Origin: Negaprion brevirostris
Taxonomy: Eukaryota
Reading direction: 5' to 3'
NCBI GenBank assembly: GCA_030324005.1
Contig: JARDVH010000167.1
Location: 15,100,431-15,164,430 of the forward strand
DNA length: 64,000 bases
Shown here: in pieces, positions 62,502 to 64,000 of the stretch
How positions within the stretch are numbered: the stretch's first letter is position 1
Layout: every line of letters starts with the position of its first letter
Translations under genes and position numbers: made by a program
The notes under the pieces: model-generated
What the model saw: only the letters and a program-made list of their open reading frames with translations
Told to the model about the DNA's origin: nothing
Databases searched by the model: none

Positions 62502-63575
62502 CATAGAAACATAGAAATTAGAAGCAGGAGTAGGCCATTTGACCCTTCAAGTCTGCAATGCCATTCATTCGGATCATGGATCATCAAATTCAATATCCTG
62601 ATCCCCCCTTCCTCCAATATCCCTTGATCCCTTTAGCCCCAGGAGCTATATTTAATTTCTTCTTGGAATCAAACAATGTTTATGGCCTCAATTACACACT
62701 GTGGTAGTGAATTCCACACATTCACCACCCCCTTGATGAAGAAATTTCTCCTCACTCAGTTCTAAAAGGTTTACCACTTATCCTTGAACTATGACCCCTA
62801 GTTCTGGGCTCTTCCTCCCCCCCCCTGACCATCGGGAACATTCTTTCTGAATCTACCCTGTCTAACTCTGTTAGNNNNNNNNNNNNNNNNNNNNNNNNNN
62901 NNNNNNNNNNNNNNNNNNNNNNNNNNNNNNNNNNNNNNNNNNNNNNNNNNNNNNNNNNNNNNNNNNNNNNNNNNCTACCCTGTCTAACTCTGTTAGAATT
63001 TTATAAGTTTCTATGAGATCCCCTCTCACTCTTCTAAACTCCAGTGAATATCATCCTAACTGACTTAGTATCTCCTCATATGACAGATCTGCCAATCCAG
63101 GAATCAGTCTGGTAAACCTTCATTGTATCCCCTCTATAGCAAGGACATCCTATCTCAGATAAGGACACCAAAACTGCACACAATACTCCAGGTGTGGCCT
63201 CACCAACACCGTTTACAACTGAAGCAAAACATCCCTTTTCCTGTACTCAAGTCCTCTCTCTATGAAGGTCAACATACCATTTGCCTTCTTTATTGCCTGC
63301 TATACCTGCAGGCTTATCTTCAGTGACTGATGCATGAGGACTCCAAGGTCTCATTGAGTACCCTCCTCTCTCAATTTACACCCATCCAAGTAGTAATCTG
63401 TTTTCCATCTATGCTACCAAAGTGGATAGCCTCACATTTATCCACATTATACTGAATCTGCCATGCAGATGCCCACATGCTTAGCCTGTCCAAATCAATC
63501 TGAAGCATCTCTGCATCCTCCTCACAGCTCACCCTTGCACCCTACTTTGTATTATCTGCAAATTTGGAGATAATA
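62502..63575 (-). mobile_element. CR1 LINE 3' 1 kb
   Basis: (catagaaa) tail, FFIK.VV.VWNSL, GDLIETYKIL, ISKFADNTKVG. Confidence 0.92.
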
Positions 63576-63629
63576 CCATAAGACCATAAGACATAGATTT
63601 GGGCCAATCAGCCCATCAAGTCTACCATG

Positions 63630-64000
63630 CTCTTTCAACACTCAGAAAGCTAGATGCCATTAAGGTCAAAGCAACCTGCTTGAATAGCACCTTAGACATT
63701 TGCTCCATCCACCACTGTCACACTACAAGATGCACTGCAGCAACTCAGCAAGACTTCTTCAACAGCATCCCAAAAAACAGTGACCTCTACCAACTGGAAA
63801 AACAAGGGCTAGGAGTGCATAGGGACACCACCACCTTCATGTTCTCCTTCTAAGTCACACACTATCCTGACTTGGAAACAAGTCACCATTCTTTCATTGC
63901 TGCTGGGTTAAAATCCTGGAACTCCCTACCTGACTTCACTACAAGGACTGGAGCTGTTAAAGAAGGTGGCTCACTGCAACCTTCTCGGGGATAATTTGGG
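63630..64000 (+). mobile_element. CR1/L2-group LINE 3' part (second family)
   Basis: Matches 33380-33850 in reverse (acaagatgcactgcagcaactc.., gggttaaaatcctggaactccct). Confidence 0.85.

Overview
Repeat-dominated eukaryotic DNA from a gapped draft assembly. It is most likely an elasmobranch (shark), judged from the many HE1/V-SINE-type and DeuSINE-type copies and CR1 LINEs. No intact protein-coding gene is visible. Most of the window is decayed transposons, often nested with readable target-site duplications: four large Ty3/Gypsy LTR retrotransposons plus a scrambled one and fragments, PIF/Harbinger elements (transposase plus convergent Myb/SANT ORF) and their MITEs, CR1, L2, RTE and Rex1/Babar LINEs, tRNA-derived SINEs, and Penelope-derived pieces with minimal hammerhead-ribozyme motifs, two of them palindromic. 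A transposon-free block at about 34.2-38.0 kb holds a clean 57-nt minus-strand exon and a promoter-like motif cluster, probably the 5' end of an unidentified host gene. Several AT-rich unique stretches (best: 52.7-53.5 kb) look like decayed coding sequence of unknown, possibly viral, origin. All family names come from recognising motifs by eye, not from database searches.
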